A stretch of 32,000 bases of DNA, taken from Candidatus Nanobsidianus stetteri. Lineage in GTDB: Archaea; Nanobdellota; Nanobdellia; Nanobdellales; Nanobdellaceae. Position numbers and translations under genes: made by a program. Below the pieces are notes generated by a model, which was not told the origin of the DNA, made no database searches, and saw nothing but the letters and a program-made list of their open reading frames with translations. Numbering within the stretch: position 1 is the stretch's first letter; the number at the start of each line of letters is the position of its first letter. Shown here one piece after another: positions 8,994 to 17,742 of this stretch. The stretch is from assembly GCF_003086415.1 (NCBI RefSeq), contig NZ_QEFP02000004.1, positions 30,001 through 62,000 of the forward strand, in the 5' to 3' direction.

Positions 8994-9533
8994 ATGTCAA
9001 AAAACCTTATAGGTATTATGAGCTACTTGCTCAATGAAAACTATTTAAAAATATTAGAATATATAGCGGATAAAAAGGAATTTACAGAAAAAGAAATAAA
9101 GAAACAATTAAAGATAAAGGAAGAAGAAATTAGGAAACTATTATATATATTAGAAGAAAATAATATAGTATATCCAATAAGCATAATAAATAATAATGGA
9201 AAATTTGATTTTAGATGGGGAAATAGAATACAAGATAAAGAAAAATTATTTAGCTTATTGATTAATAAAGAGATTGATAGAATTAATGAAGAAATTAAAA
9301 ATACACCAAAAACATTATATTATTGTAATGAATGTGGAAGTGCATATACCTTCGATGAAGCATATGAAAATGATTTTATATGTAAAGAATGTGGATCATT
9401 ATTAACTGAAAAGGAAAATTTCAGAATAATAGAATTGGAAAATATAATACATAATTTACAGATATTATTAGATAAATATTCTTCAAAGGTTACAAAGAAA
9501 GGAAAAGCATCAAGAGCAAAGGGTAAAAAATAA
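8994..9533 (+). CDS. tfe: Transcription factor E alpha subunit (TFE)
   Basis: 179 aa. An N-terminal winged-helix-like region is followed by the zinc ribbon 'YYCNECGSAYTFDEAYENDFICKECGSLLT', closely matching the TFE-alpha pattern. Confidence 0.85.
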   Translation: MSKNLIGIMSYLLNENYLKILEYIADKKEFTEKEIKKQLKIKEEEIRKLLYILEENNIVYPISIINNNGKFDFRWGNRIQDKEKLFSLLINKEIDRINEEIKNTPKTLYYCNECGSAYTFDEAYENDFICKECGSLLTEKENFRIIELENIIHNLQILLDKYSSKVTKKGKASRAKGKK

Positions 9534-9563
9534 TTTTTTATTTTTTATTTAAATTTATATTTA

Positions 9564-10715
9564 ATGATATTTAAGGTTAAGATATATGATTTAACCGAAA
9601 TATTTAAGGAAACAAAATCAAAACTAGTTAAAACGAATATAGATAATGGAGCAAGAGTATATGGAATAAAACTTGATAAAATGAAGGGAATGATTGGATT
9701 TGAAATATCACCAAATAGAAGAATAGGAACTGAACTTTCTGATATTGCAAAAAAATTTGGGTTAAAAGGAATATTACATTCTGATGAGTTACCAAACTAT
9801 GGAATATCTGAAGAGGAAGTTAAAAATGTTAAAAGAATGTTAAACTGCTCAGATGAAGATGCTTTCATATTATTAATATCAAAAGATTATGAAGTAGCAA
9901 AGAAAGTTTTTAGTTTAATAATAAATAGAATAAACGAATCAATTAAAAGAGTACCAAGGGATACTAGACAAGCAAATGAAGATGGAACAACATCTTTTTT
10001 AAGACCTCAACCAGGTTCTGAAAGAATGTATCCAGAAACAGATCATCCTTATATATATATTAACAAGGATATTATTGAAGATAATGAATATAATATAATA
10101 AGATATAATATAAATTATGGAGATATTAAAGAAACATTTGATATATATTATTTAAAAAAATTTGATAGAGATTTATATATTAAATTGTTAAATGAAGGTA
10201 AAACAATGTTAAATACTATTGATCCAGAATTTATTAAACAAATGTTAAAATCTTTTGGATATAATGAAAAACAAATTGAAAATATAATATGGAGTGAATA
10301 TATATATGATATAATAAAAATATCTTTTGATATAGATCCAAATACTGTATATTATTTATTTTTTCAAATGATTGGAGATACTGAAAATTTATTTAAAGAA
10401 AAAATAGAAAAATTTGATTTAGATTTTATATATAAAATAAAAGATTATTTAAAAGATAAAAAAATTGTAAAAAATGCAATTCCAATAATATATTATCATT
10501 ATATTAAATATAATAAGGATATTGAAGATATAATAAGAGAAAATAATTTATATAAAAGAAATAGAGAAGAATTAAGGAAGGAAATTGAAGAATATATAAA
10601 ATCTTTAAATAACAATGATAAAAAGGTTATTTTTTCAAATGTATTTAGTAAATTTAAATACGTAGCAGATAGTGAAGATATAAAAAGAGTATTAGAAGAA
10701 ATATTAAACATATAA
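9564..10715 (+). CDS. gatE: Glu-tRNA(Gln) amidotransferase subunit E, C-terminal portion only (insertion domain to tail)
   Basis: 383 aa. It contains 'GARVYG', 'GILHSDELPNYGISEEEV' and 'TRQANEDGTTSFLRPQPGSERMYPETD'. These match the middle of GatE (full length is about 620 aa). The N-terminal roughly 240 aa are not encoded here. Confidence 0.75.
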   Translation: MIFKVKIYDLTEIFKETKSKLVKTNIDNGARVYGIKLDKMKGMIGFEISPNRRIGTELSDIAKKFGLKGILHSDELPNYGISEEEVKNVKRMLNCSDEDAFILLISKDYEVAKKVFSLIINRINESIKRVPRDTRQANEDGTTSFLRPQPGSERMYPETDHPYIYINKDIIEDNEYNIIRYNINYGDIKETFDIYYLKKFDRDLYIKLLNEGKTMLNTIDPEFIKQMLKSFGYNEKQIENIIWSEYIYDIIKISFDIDPNTVYYLFFQMIGDTENLFKEKIEKFDLDFIYKIKDYLKDKKIVKNAIPIIYYHYIKYNKDIEDIIRENNLYKRNREELRKEIEEYIKSLNNNDKKVIFSNVFSKFKYVADSEDIKRVLEEILNI

Positions 10716-10737
10716 AATTTTTATATATTAAATTTTT

Positions 10738-11145
10738 ATGGAGGAATGCATATTTTGTAAGATAATAAATAAAGAAATACCTTCATATATATTATATGAA
10801 GATGAATACTCTATAGCATTTTTAGATATAAATCCAATAAATAAAGGACATACATTATTTGTACCAAAAAAGCATTTTGAGAGAATATCAAATATTGATA
10901 ATGAATATATTAAAAATTTCTATGAGAGTTTTACAAAGTTCTTAAAATTATTTGAGGAAAAAATATCGAAGGACTATAATATAATAGTAAATAATGGAAA
11001 AAAGGCTGGACAAGCGGTATTTCATGCACATATACATATAATACCACAATATAATGAAAATGGATATAAAAATATATTTAATTGGAATACTCATAAATTA
11101 TCAAAAGAAGAAGCTGAAGAAATAATAAAAAAATTTAATTCTTAG
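10738..11145 (+). CDS. HIT-family (histidine triad) nucleotide hydrolase
   Basis: 135 aa. 'CIFCKII', 'NKGHTLFVPKKH' and the histidine triad 'HAHIHIIP' are present. Confidence 0.85.
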   Translation: MEECIFCKIINKEIPSYILYEDEYSIAFLDINPINKGHTLFVPKKHFERISNIDNEYIKNFYESFTKFLKLFEEKISKDYNIIVNNGKKAGQAVFHAHIHIIPQYNENGYKNIFNWNTHKLSKEEAEEIIKKFNS

Positions 11146-11834
11146 ACTTCTTTATATTCAATAATTCCGTCATTTACTATTTTAAATTTTACAGATATTC
11201 CCTCTGGCAAATATCTATGCTTTCTTAATATTGCTTCTCTAATTCCATTATCTAAAATTCTCAATTCAACCAAACATTTTGACCAATATTTTATTAAATC
11301 ACCTCCAACGATTCCGATTGTATCCCTATTATCAAACAATGAATATACCTGATTTATAACTAGAACTGGTATATTATATTTCCTAGAAATTTCTGAAAAT
11401 ATTTGTAATTGCTTTGCAAGTTCTATATTTACTTCATTTACATTACTATCACCCCTCTCCAATCTATATAGCATTGATATAGAATCTACAACAATTAATC
11501 CAATATCATTAGAATTCTTTTTTACATAATCATATGTTAAATATATTGCCTTTTTTTGTTCAGAAAAATTTACAGGCTTATATAATAATATATTTTTCAT
11601 TACATTCTCAAAATCCTCTTTTGCAATTTGTTTTAATCTTTCAAGAGAAAAACCACCTTCAGTATCTATATATATTACCTTTTTTCCCAATCTAGAAACA
11701 TTATAAGAAGTTATTATTGCAATATTTGTTTTTCCAGATGCGGAAGGACCATAAAATGATGTAATAATATCTGTTTCGATTCCTCCATCTAATAATTTAT
11801 CTATAGGATATATTCCAGTAGAAATTTTACTCAT
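11142..11834 (-). CDS. radB: DNA repair/recombination protein RadB
   Basis: 230 aa with Walker A 'GPSASGKTN' and a RecA-fold core. Its size and the lack of an N-terminal HhH domain fit RadB rather than RadA. Confidence 0.8.
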   Translation of the reverse strand: MSKISTGIYPIDKLLDGGIETDIITSFYGPSASGKTNIAIITSYNVSRLGKKVIYIDTEGGFSLERLKQIAKEDFENVMKNILLYKPVNFSEQKKAIYLTYDYVKKNSNDIGLIVVDSISMLYRLERGDSNVNEVNIELAKQLQIFSEISRKYNIPVLVINQVYSLFDNRDTIGIVGGDLIKYWSKCLVELRILDNGIREAILRKHRYLPEGISVKFKIVNDGIIEYKEV

Positions 11835-11868
11835 ATAAAAATTTTTTTATTATTTTTTAAAAATATAA

Positions 11869-13149
11869 CTAATACTTAATTTCAATTTCTTTTTCCCCTA
11901 TCTTAATATATAAATACTTAACTTTTTTCCTAATACTATTTTTATAATTATTTATTATAAATTCTAATGCTTTATATATATCATTTATTTTTCTCTTTGT
12001 AACTGCATATATTTTTCCATTTCTAATTATTAGTTCTTCATTCTTATGTTTCTCATAAAATCTATTATAATTTTTTTCTTCCCATAACAATGGACCCTCT
12101 CTTATTTCATATTCTGGTAATTTATCCGGATAATATAATATATAACCATATAAATAATTTTCATCGAAAAAATAATAATAATTGAAAATTTTGAATCCAA
12201 TATTATTTATCCACTTTTTAATATTATTAAACAATGATAAAGCTTTACTATTTTTTATATCTTTATTGTTTGAATCTCCTTCAATTTTTAAATATATCGT
12301 ATTTACATTATATTTTTCAGCCAATCTTTTTATTTCATCATAATTCATATATATTTTATTAAAGAAGAATTTTTCTTTATCCTCTGATAATAAAAATATC
12401 CTAGAATAATATATAAATTCTGAAAATTTTTGTAAAGAAACTGAAGCCGCAACATTTCTATATTTATCAGTTGGATCAATTATTATTATTGGAGATTTTA
12501 TTTTATCTTTAGATAAATTTTTCTTTATTTCATCATAGTTTTTATAATATTTTTCTAAATCTATTATTACTTTTGGTCTCCAATTAGATACATTTTTTAT
12601 TGTATTTTCAAAAGATCCATAATTTATTAATATTAGTTCTAGTGCATATCCAGAAAATCCTCTAACATAAGATTCAGCCCCATAAACGTTTATATTTTTT
12701 GTAAATAATTTTAGTAATCTAACTTCATCCTTCATTTTTTCATCTAATTTGCTTATTACATATTTAACATGAAATGGAGAAAGATCTGTAGTATTTTTAG
12801 CTTCCTTTATATCATTTATCTTTAATATTGGGACTAATTCGAATATTAAACCTTTATAACTTACTTTAAAATAATCCCTAGAACCCCTTATCCTTATATA
12901 ATCTAAATTCTCTTTCTTTAATACATTTTCAACAATATTAGATATATTTTTATCATCTTTAAATAATAAGAAAGTATCCACATCAAAATCATTTTTTATC
13001 CATGTATCCTTTGCAAAAGATCCTCCCAAAAATGGTTCTAAATTATTTGATCTTAATATATCAAAAAATTCATTTATTATATTATATACTTTCTTTTTTT
13101 CTTCTTCAGATGGTTTTATTTTAGATAATATTTTATTATAATCTATCAT
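11869..13149 (-). CDS. cca: CCA-adding enzyme (archaeal class I tRNA nucleotidyltransferase)
   Basis: 426 aa with the nucleotidyltransferase motif 'GGSFAKDTWIKNDFDVDTFLLF'. It overlaps the aRF1 gene by 4 nt. Confidence 0.8.
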   Translation of the reverse strand: MIDYNKILSKIKPSEEEKKKVYNIINEFFDILRSNNLEPFLGGSFAKDTWIKNDFDVDTFLLFKDDKNISNIVENVLKKENLDYIRIRGSRDYFKVSYKGLIFELVPILKINDIKEAKNTTDLSPFHVKYVISKLDEKMKDEVRLLKLFTKNINVYGAESYVRGFSGYALELILINYGSFENTIKNVSNWRPKVIIDLEKYYKNYDEIKKNLSKDKIKSPIIIIDPTDKYRNVAASVSLQKFSEFIYYSRIFLLSEDKEKFFFNKIYMNYDEIKRLAEKYNVNTIYLKIEGDSNNKDIKNSKALSLFNNIKKWINNIGFKIFNYYYFFDENYLYGYILYYPDKLPEYEIREGPLLWEEKNYNRFYEKHKNEELIIRNGKIYAVTKRKINDIYKALEFIINNYKNSIRKKVKYLYIKIGEKEIEIKY

Positions 13150-14228
13150 ATTTTAAATCTTAATATTGCACCTATTTTAAAGTTTGAAAATTGTTCCCCT
13201 TCAGGATGATTTTTTGATATTATTTCAACTTTTGCATTTGTTTGTTTCATTAAATCCATTAATTCCTTAATTTTATCTTTATAATCTTCGGATATTAATA
13301 TTGTATCTACTGCACCAATTTCTAATGCTCTTTTTACATCATCAAATCCATAAACCACCAAACCAGTACCTTTTCCAAGATGTTCAAAAAATAATTTTAC
13401 TAATTCTATTTCTCTTACATATTCTGTTTTTTCTAATATATCTTTTGCTCTTTCCAATAATTCTTTTAATCCATATTCATTCGAATATGCTGTATCATAT
13501 ACACCCAAAATTTTTTGTTTAAGATGATATGGTAAATAATCTCCATTAACAAATTGTTCTTTAAGCAATCCAGGTCCTCCTACTAAAATACCAACCAATT
13601 TATCTAAATCTTTTTCAAAATAGTTTCTAACTTCATCTGCTAAATATTTTAACCATAAATGAACATCTTGTTCTATTAATCTTTGAAACCTTACAGAAGA
13701 TTGTCCTCCTGCCCTTATTTTACCAGGAACCCATGATTGTTTATTTTCTAATATTATTAGTTGATTACCTTTTAATACTCCTATAGAAGCTTCTCCCCTA
13801 TCTAAAACAATCAATCCATATATTTGTTTTGGTAATATTAGTTCTTTTAACGGATCTAATAAAAACCTAGAATCACATCTATATAATCTAATATTTAATT
13901 TGTCTGGAGGTTCTATTGCCCATAACCTTATATCAACATCTCCAGGTTTGTTTGAAATATTTCCACAGAATACTACTAAACCGTTATCGGGAAGTTTTTT
14001 TAATCCTTTTAGATAATTTATAATTTTTGCCAATGCATCCATTACATGCTGCCTAGTATTTTTATCTTTAATGTTTTGTGCAGTTGAATATTCATAACTT
14101 AAATGGTCTAAAACCTTTGTTAAATCATATCCAGCTGGTATATAGTATGAAATTAGTTCTGTAGCTCTACCATTATATTTACTTAATTCTTCTATTAACA
14201 TTTGTAATTCAAGTTCTTCAACATCCAT
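13146..14228 (-). CDS. prf1: Peptide chain release factor aRF1
   Basis: 360 aa. It has the GGQ motif ('RAGGQSSVRFQRL'), a NIKS-type motif present as 'NIKD', and a C-terminal 'IGAILRF'. Confidence 0.9.
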   Translation of the reverse strand: MDVEELELQMLIEELSKYNGRATELISYYIPAGYDLTKVLDHLSYEYSTAQNIKDKNTRQHVMDALAKIINYLKGLKKLPDNGLVVFCGNISNKPGDVDIRLWAIEPPDKLNIRLYRCDSRFLLDPLKELILPKQIYGLIVLDRGEASIGVLKGNQLIILENKQSWVPGKIRAGGQSSVRFQRLIEQDVHLWLKYLADEVRNYFEKDLDKLVGILVGGPGLLKEQFVNGDYLPYHLKQKILGVYDTAYSNEYGLKELLERAKDILEKTEYVREIELVKLFFEHLGKGTGLVVYGFDDVKRALEIGAVDTILISEDYKDKIKELMDLMKQTNAKVEIISKNHPEGEQFSNFKIGAILRFKI

Positions 14229-14252
14229 TATATAGAAAATTATGAATAATTT

Positions 14253-14945
14253 TTAAATACCAATGTACTCTCTTATATATTTCATATCATAATTTAAGTT
14301 CAATTTCTTTGATATATTTAATATATTATTTAAATCTCTATTGAGAAATTCTTCAGAATATGGAGAATCAATTGGTATTGATTGAGATACATCTATTATA
14401 TATGGAACATTATTAAATATAATTATATTATATTCTGAAAAATCCCCATGAATTAATTTGGCTTTATTATATATTTTTTTATATTGATCTAATATATCGA
14501 AAAATAATCCTTCCTTATTTTCAATTGAATTATAACTATCATGCAATAATAATGGCCCATTTTCATAACCTATATATTCCATTACCAATATATTTCCCTT
14601 ATATAGGTATGGAATGGGGACTCTTACCAAATTTTTATACATTTTTCTTAAATTCATATATTCTTTTTTTACCCATGTATATATTATCCCAATCTTTGTC
14701 CTTGGAAATTTATATATTCTAGGATCTGCTTTTAAATAATTTACTTGTTCTTTATAGCTTATTGACATTATTTTATATATCTTTATTGCAAATTTTCCAG
14801 ACCTTACAACAATTGCCTCTTTACCTTCAGATATTAATGTTAAATCATCCTCAATATAATGATCTTTATACAATTTATCTAAATAGTATAGTGTATTTTT
14901 ATCAAATACCTTTCCATATACTTTCCATATTTCCCTATATTTCAT
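14253..14945 (-). CDS. RIO-type serine/threonine protein kinase (no N-terminal wHTH)
   Basis: 230 aa with 'GKEAIVV', 'IHGDFSEYNII' and 'IIDVSQS'. Confidence 0.8.
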   Translation of the reverse strand: MKYREIWKVYGKVFDKNTLYYLDKLYKDHYIEDDLTLISEGKEAIVVRSGKFAIKIYKIMSISYKEQVNYLKADPRIYKFPRTKIGIIYTWVKKEYMNLRKMYKNLVRVPIPYLYKGNILVMEYIGYENGPLLLHDSYNSIENKEGLFFDILDQYKKIYNKAKLIHGDFSEYNIIIFNNVPYIIDVSQSIPIDSPYSEEFLNRDLNNILNISKKLNLNYDMKYIREYIGI

Positions 14946-15694
14946 ATTAATATATCTATAAGACTATTTCTTAAACCTGGTAGAAATCCCAAATAAAATA
15001 ACATTAAATATATTACATTTCCTAGATCATCCTTTAAATAATATTTTGTATAAAGGGCAATAAATAATGTTAAAGATAATTTTAATCCATAAAATAATAA
15101 AGGATTATTATATTGAAAGATAATGATATTTAATAACTGATGTTCAGATTGTAAATTAAAATAATATATTGAGATAATTGAAAAAATAATCTCATATATT
15201 TCTCCAAATATTGATAAATAAAATAATTTTTCCTTATATGATAAATAAATTAAAATAGAAAATAATAAAATGAATATTAAAAATGGTAATAAATTTATTG
15301 GTCTTCCAAAAATAAAAAGGGGAATTTCCAATATTAAAATTGCCAATAATATATATAAGTAATATTTTCTATATTTGTATAAAAATAGAACTGGTAAAAA
15401 AGATATTAAAATCCATAGTTCTAATAGAGGTGTAAATAATAAATATGTTTTTATTGTATAACCGAGATCAATATTTACTCTTGGAATAATAAATATTAAA
15501 GTTAAGATAATTAGATCTAATAAAAAATATCTATCAATAATTACTTTTTTATTTTTTACAAATAGATAATAAAAGAGAATAAAACCTATAACAAATAATA
15601 ATCCATATAAAAATGTATTATATATATTATATTGATATTGATATCCTATTACTGGATATATAAAATATTGATAAAAAATTTGATATAAATTCAT
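14942..15694 (-). CDS. Polytopic membrane protein, function unknown (possibly DUF63-like)
   Basis: 250 aa and almost entirely hydrophobic helices. It overlaps both neighbours (4 nt and 1 nt). The family guess is weak. Confidence 0.45.
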   Translation of the reverse strand: MNLYQIFYQYFIYPVIGYQYQYNIYNTFLYGLLFVIGFILFYYLFVKNKKVIIDRYFLLDLIILTLIFIIPRVNIDLGYTIKTYLLFTPLLELWILISFLPVLFLYKYRKYYLYILLAILILEIPLFIFGRPINLLPFLIFILLFSILIYLSYKEKLFYLSIFGEIYEIIFSIISIYYFNLQSEHQLLNIIIFQYNNPLLFYGLKLSLTLFIALYTKYYLKDDLGNVIYLMLFYLGFLPGLRNSLIDILI

Positions 15695-16083
15695 TAACGC
15701 CTATAATATTGAAAATATTGGAGTAAATTATTTAATAGAGCAATTATATTATCTAACTTTGTTGCAATTGTATCTAACTTTGTACTTAGCATTTGTATTG
15801 CATTATAATCAAAATTTTGATATTGATTATTATATCCATAATTTTGTGGAAAGTTTGGTAAATATGCTTGAGGATTTAATTGTCCTGGGAATTGATTTTG
15901 TTGGAATACATTTTGATTTTGAACTGGTGGTGGAGGTGGTAATAATGGTTCATTTGGATATGGACCTGGAGGATAATTTCCTGGTCCTCCTGGTGGATAA
16001 TTCATAAAATCTTCTTGCTGGTTTATATCATAATTTTCATTATCCTTTTTTCCAAAAAGATTCTTTATAAAATCCAATGCCAT
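15694..16083 (-). CDS. Q/N/P-rich low-complexity protein with a C-terminal helix, paralogue of 7031..7732
   Basis: 129 aa. It has an N-terminal 'IKNLFGKKDN', then 'NYPPGGPGNYPPGPYPNEPLLPPPPPVQNQNVFQQNQF...', then the helical 'LSTKLDTIATKLDNIIALLNNLL'. Confidence 0.5.
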   Translation of the reverse strand: MALDFIKNLFGKKDNENYDINQQEDFMNYPPGGPGNYPPGPYPNEPLLPPPPPVQNQNVFQQNQFPGQLNPQAYLPNFPQNYGYNNQYQNFDYNAIQMLSTKLDTIATKLDNIIALLNNLLQYFQYYRR

Positions 16084-16114
16084 ATAATATTATAAAATTT
16101 CTTAATATATAAAA

Positions 16115-16786
16115 TTATTCTTCCTCCTCTTCCAAACCCTTTTCCATAAATTCTTCATAAGATATGGGTAATTCTCCCCTTTTAGATAATAATCCCCTAT
16201 TTCTTAAATATTCCCTAGCAATAATATAATATAATAAAGCTAAAGATTTTGCTCCTCTATTATTTGCAGGTATAGCAATATCTATATAACTTAAAGAATT
16301 GTTTGTATCAACAAAGGCAATTGTTATTTTTCCAGTTCTATATGCATCCAATAATGCATTTCTATCAAGTATAGGATCTGTTATTATAACAACATCAACA
16401 TCCTTAAATATATCTAAAGCAGGATTTGTTAATAATCCTGGAGGATATCTCTTTGGATAAACATTTATTCCAGTATACTTATTTAACATTTGAAGTGGTT
16501 TTCTTGCAGTTTCTCTTCTTCCAACTGCTAATATTTGATATGGCTCATATTTAGATAATAACTTTGTTGTTAATCTCAATCTTTCATCCAATTTTATTAC
16601 ATCTATAATTGCCAATCCGTCAGATCTTATTCTAGCAATAAACTTTTTTGTTTGTTTATTCTTTATTTTTGTACCTATATGAACCCCTGCCTTTATATAT
16701 TCTTCTAAACTAACCAACCAAATATTTTCTTGCGCCATTTTATATTGCTTTCTTTCTTCCAGTCCTTCTTGAGCCATATTTACCAT
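16115..16786 (-). CDS. rps2: 30S ribosomal protein uS2
   Basis: 'AGVHIGT' and the uS2 core are present. The longest ORF overlaps the uL2 gene. The ATG at 16738 ('MAQENIWLV...') lies just after the uL2 stop and is the more likely start. Confidence 0.9.
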   Translation of the reverse strand: MVNMAQEGLEERKQYKMAQENIWLVSLEEYIKAGVHIGTKIKNKQTKKFIARIRSDGLAIIDVIKLDERLRLTTKLLSKYEPYQILAVGRRETARKPLQMLNKYTGINVYPKRYPPGLLTNPALDIFKDVDVVIITDPILDRNALLDAYRTGKITIAFVDTNNSLSYIDIAIPANNRGAKSLALLYYIIAREYLRNRGLLSKRGELPISYEEFMEKGLEEEEE

Positions 16787-17471
16787 ACTTTATTGGATAT
16801 CCATGTTTAGGTAATGGAGTCATTCCACCCTTATTTCTCTTATGCTTACCTCCCAATGGATGGTCTGCAACATTTCTTGCAGTTGGTTTACTAATTGGCC
16901 ATTTTCTATGATGGGCTTTTTTAAAGTAATATTTATTTCCAGCTTTAACAAATGGTTTATCTGTTCTTCCACCTCCGGCAACTGTTCCCAATATTGCTCT
17001 AGAATATAAATTGACCATCTTTGTTTTTCCAGATGGTAATTTTAATATTGCATATTTGTCTGTTTTTTGAACTAATATACATGATGTACCAGATGTTCTT
17101 GCAATCTTTCCACCATCACCAGGAGAAATTTCTACCATACAAACACTTGATCCATCCGGAATAACCTTTAATGGTAAAATATTTCCATTTTCTACTGGAG
17201 CATTTACACCTGCATAAATTTCTTTTCCAACATATAAACCTTCAACAGCAGGAACTAAAATTTCTTCCCCAGTTTCAAATTTTATCTTAGCAATTGGAGC
17301 ATAATGAACCTTATCCTTTATTATATCTACAACAACACCTTTTACCTTATCTTTCATTTCTTTTTCATCTAAAGGTCTAAAGGAAAATTTTCCTATTGAA
17401 TAAAAATCTGGGACCTTATATATATTCTTTCCTTTACCTAACCTCTGCTGTAATATTGTATTTCCACCCAT
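16740..17471 (-). CDS. rpl2: 50S ribosomal protein uL2
   Basis: 243 aa with 'GGRTDKPFVKAG' and 'ADHPLGG'. Confidence 0.95.
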   Translation of the reverse strand: MGGNTILQQRLGKGKNIYKVPDFYSIGKFSFRPLDEKEMKDKVKGVVVDIIKDKVHYAPIAKIKFETGEEILVPAVEGLYVGKEIYAGVNAPVENGNILPLKVIPDGSSVCMVEISPGDGGKIARTSGTSCILVQKTDKYAILKLPSGKTKMVNLYSRAILGTVAGGGRTDKPFVKAGNKYYFKKAHHRKWPISKPTARNVADHPLGGKHKRNKGGMTPLPKHGYPIKYGKYGSRRTGRKKAI

Positions 17472-17472
17472 T

Positions 17473-17733
17473 TTATATTAATCCTAATTTAGATAATATA
17501 TCTTGGGCCTTATATTCCTTTTCTAATATAACATATGCCTTTTTTCTTCCTTTATAATCTATCAATGTATTTACTTTTTTTACTTTAACATTAAATAGTT
17601 TTTCAACAGCCTCTTTTATATCTTTCTTCGTAGATAATCTATTTACAATAAAAATAACCTTATTATATTTATCAAGTAAATACATATCTTTTTCTGTTAA
17701 TTCAGCATAAAGTATAACATCTTTTATATCCAT
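17473..17733 (-). CDS. rpl23: 50S ribosomal protein uL23
   Basis: 86 aa with 'VIFIVNRLSTKKDIKEAVEKLFNVKVKKVNTL'. It sits between uL4 and uL2 as in the conserved cluster. Confidence 0.85.
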   Translation of the reverse strand: MDIKDVILYAELTEKDMYLLDKYNKVIFIVNRLSTKKDIKEAVEKLFNVKVKKVNTLIDYKGRKKAYVILEKEYKAQDILSKLGLI

Positions 17734-17742
17734 CTTATAATT

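Noticed and set aside
15759-16007. 82-aa + strand ORF antisense to the Q/N/P-rich gene.
   Set aside because: It is a shadow frame of the Pro/Gly/Gln-rich tract. The minus-strand ORF fits the operon packing, with a 1-nt overlap with the next gene.
16739-16786. 16-codon N-terminal extension of uS2 overlapping the uL2 3' end.
   Set aside because: The internal ATG at 16738 immediately follows the uL2 stop and gives a normal uS2 N-terminus, so the extension is probably not translated. The longer coordinates are kept in the feature table with this caveat.
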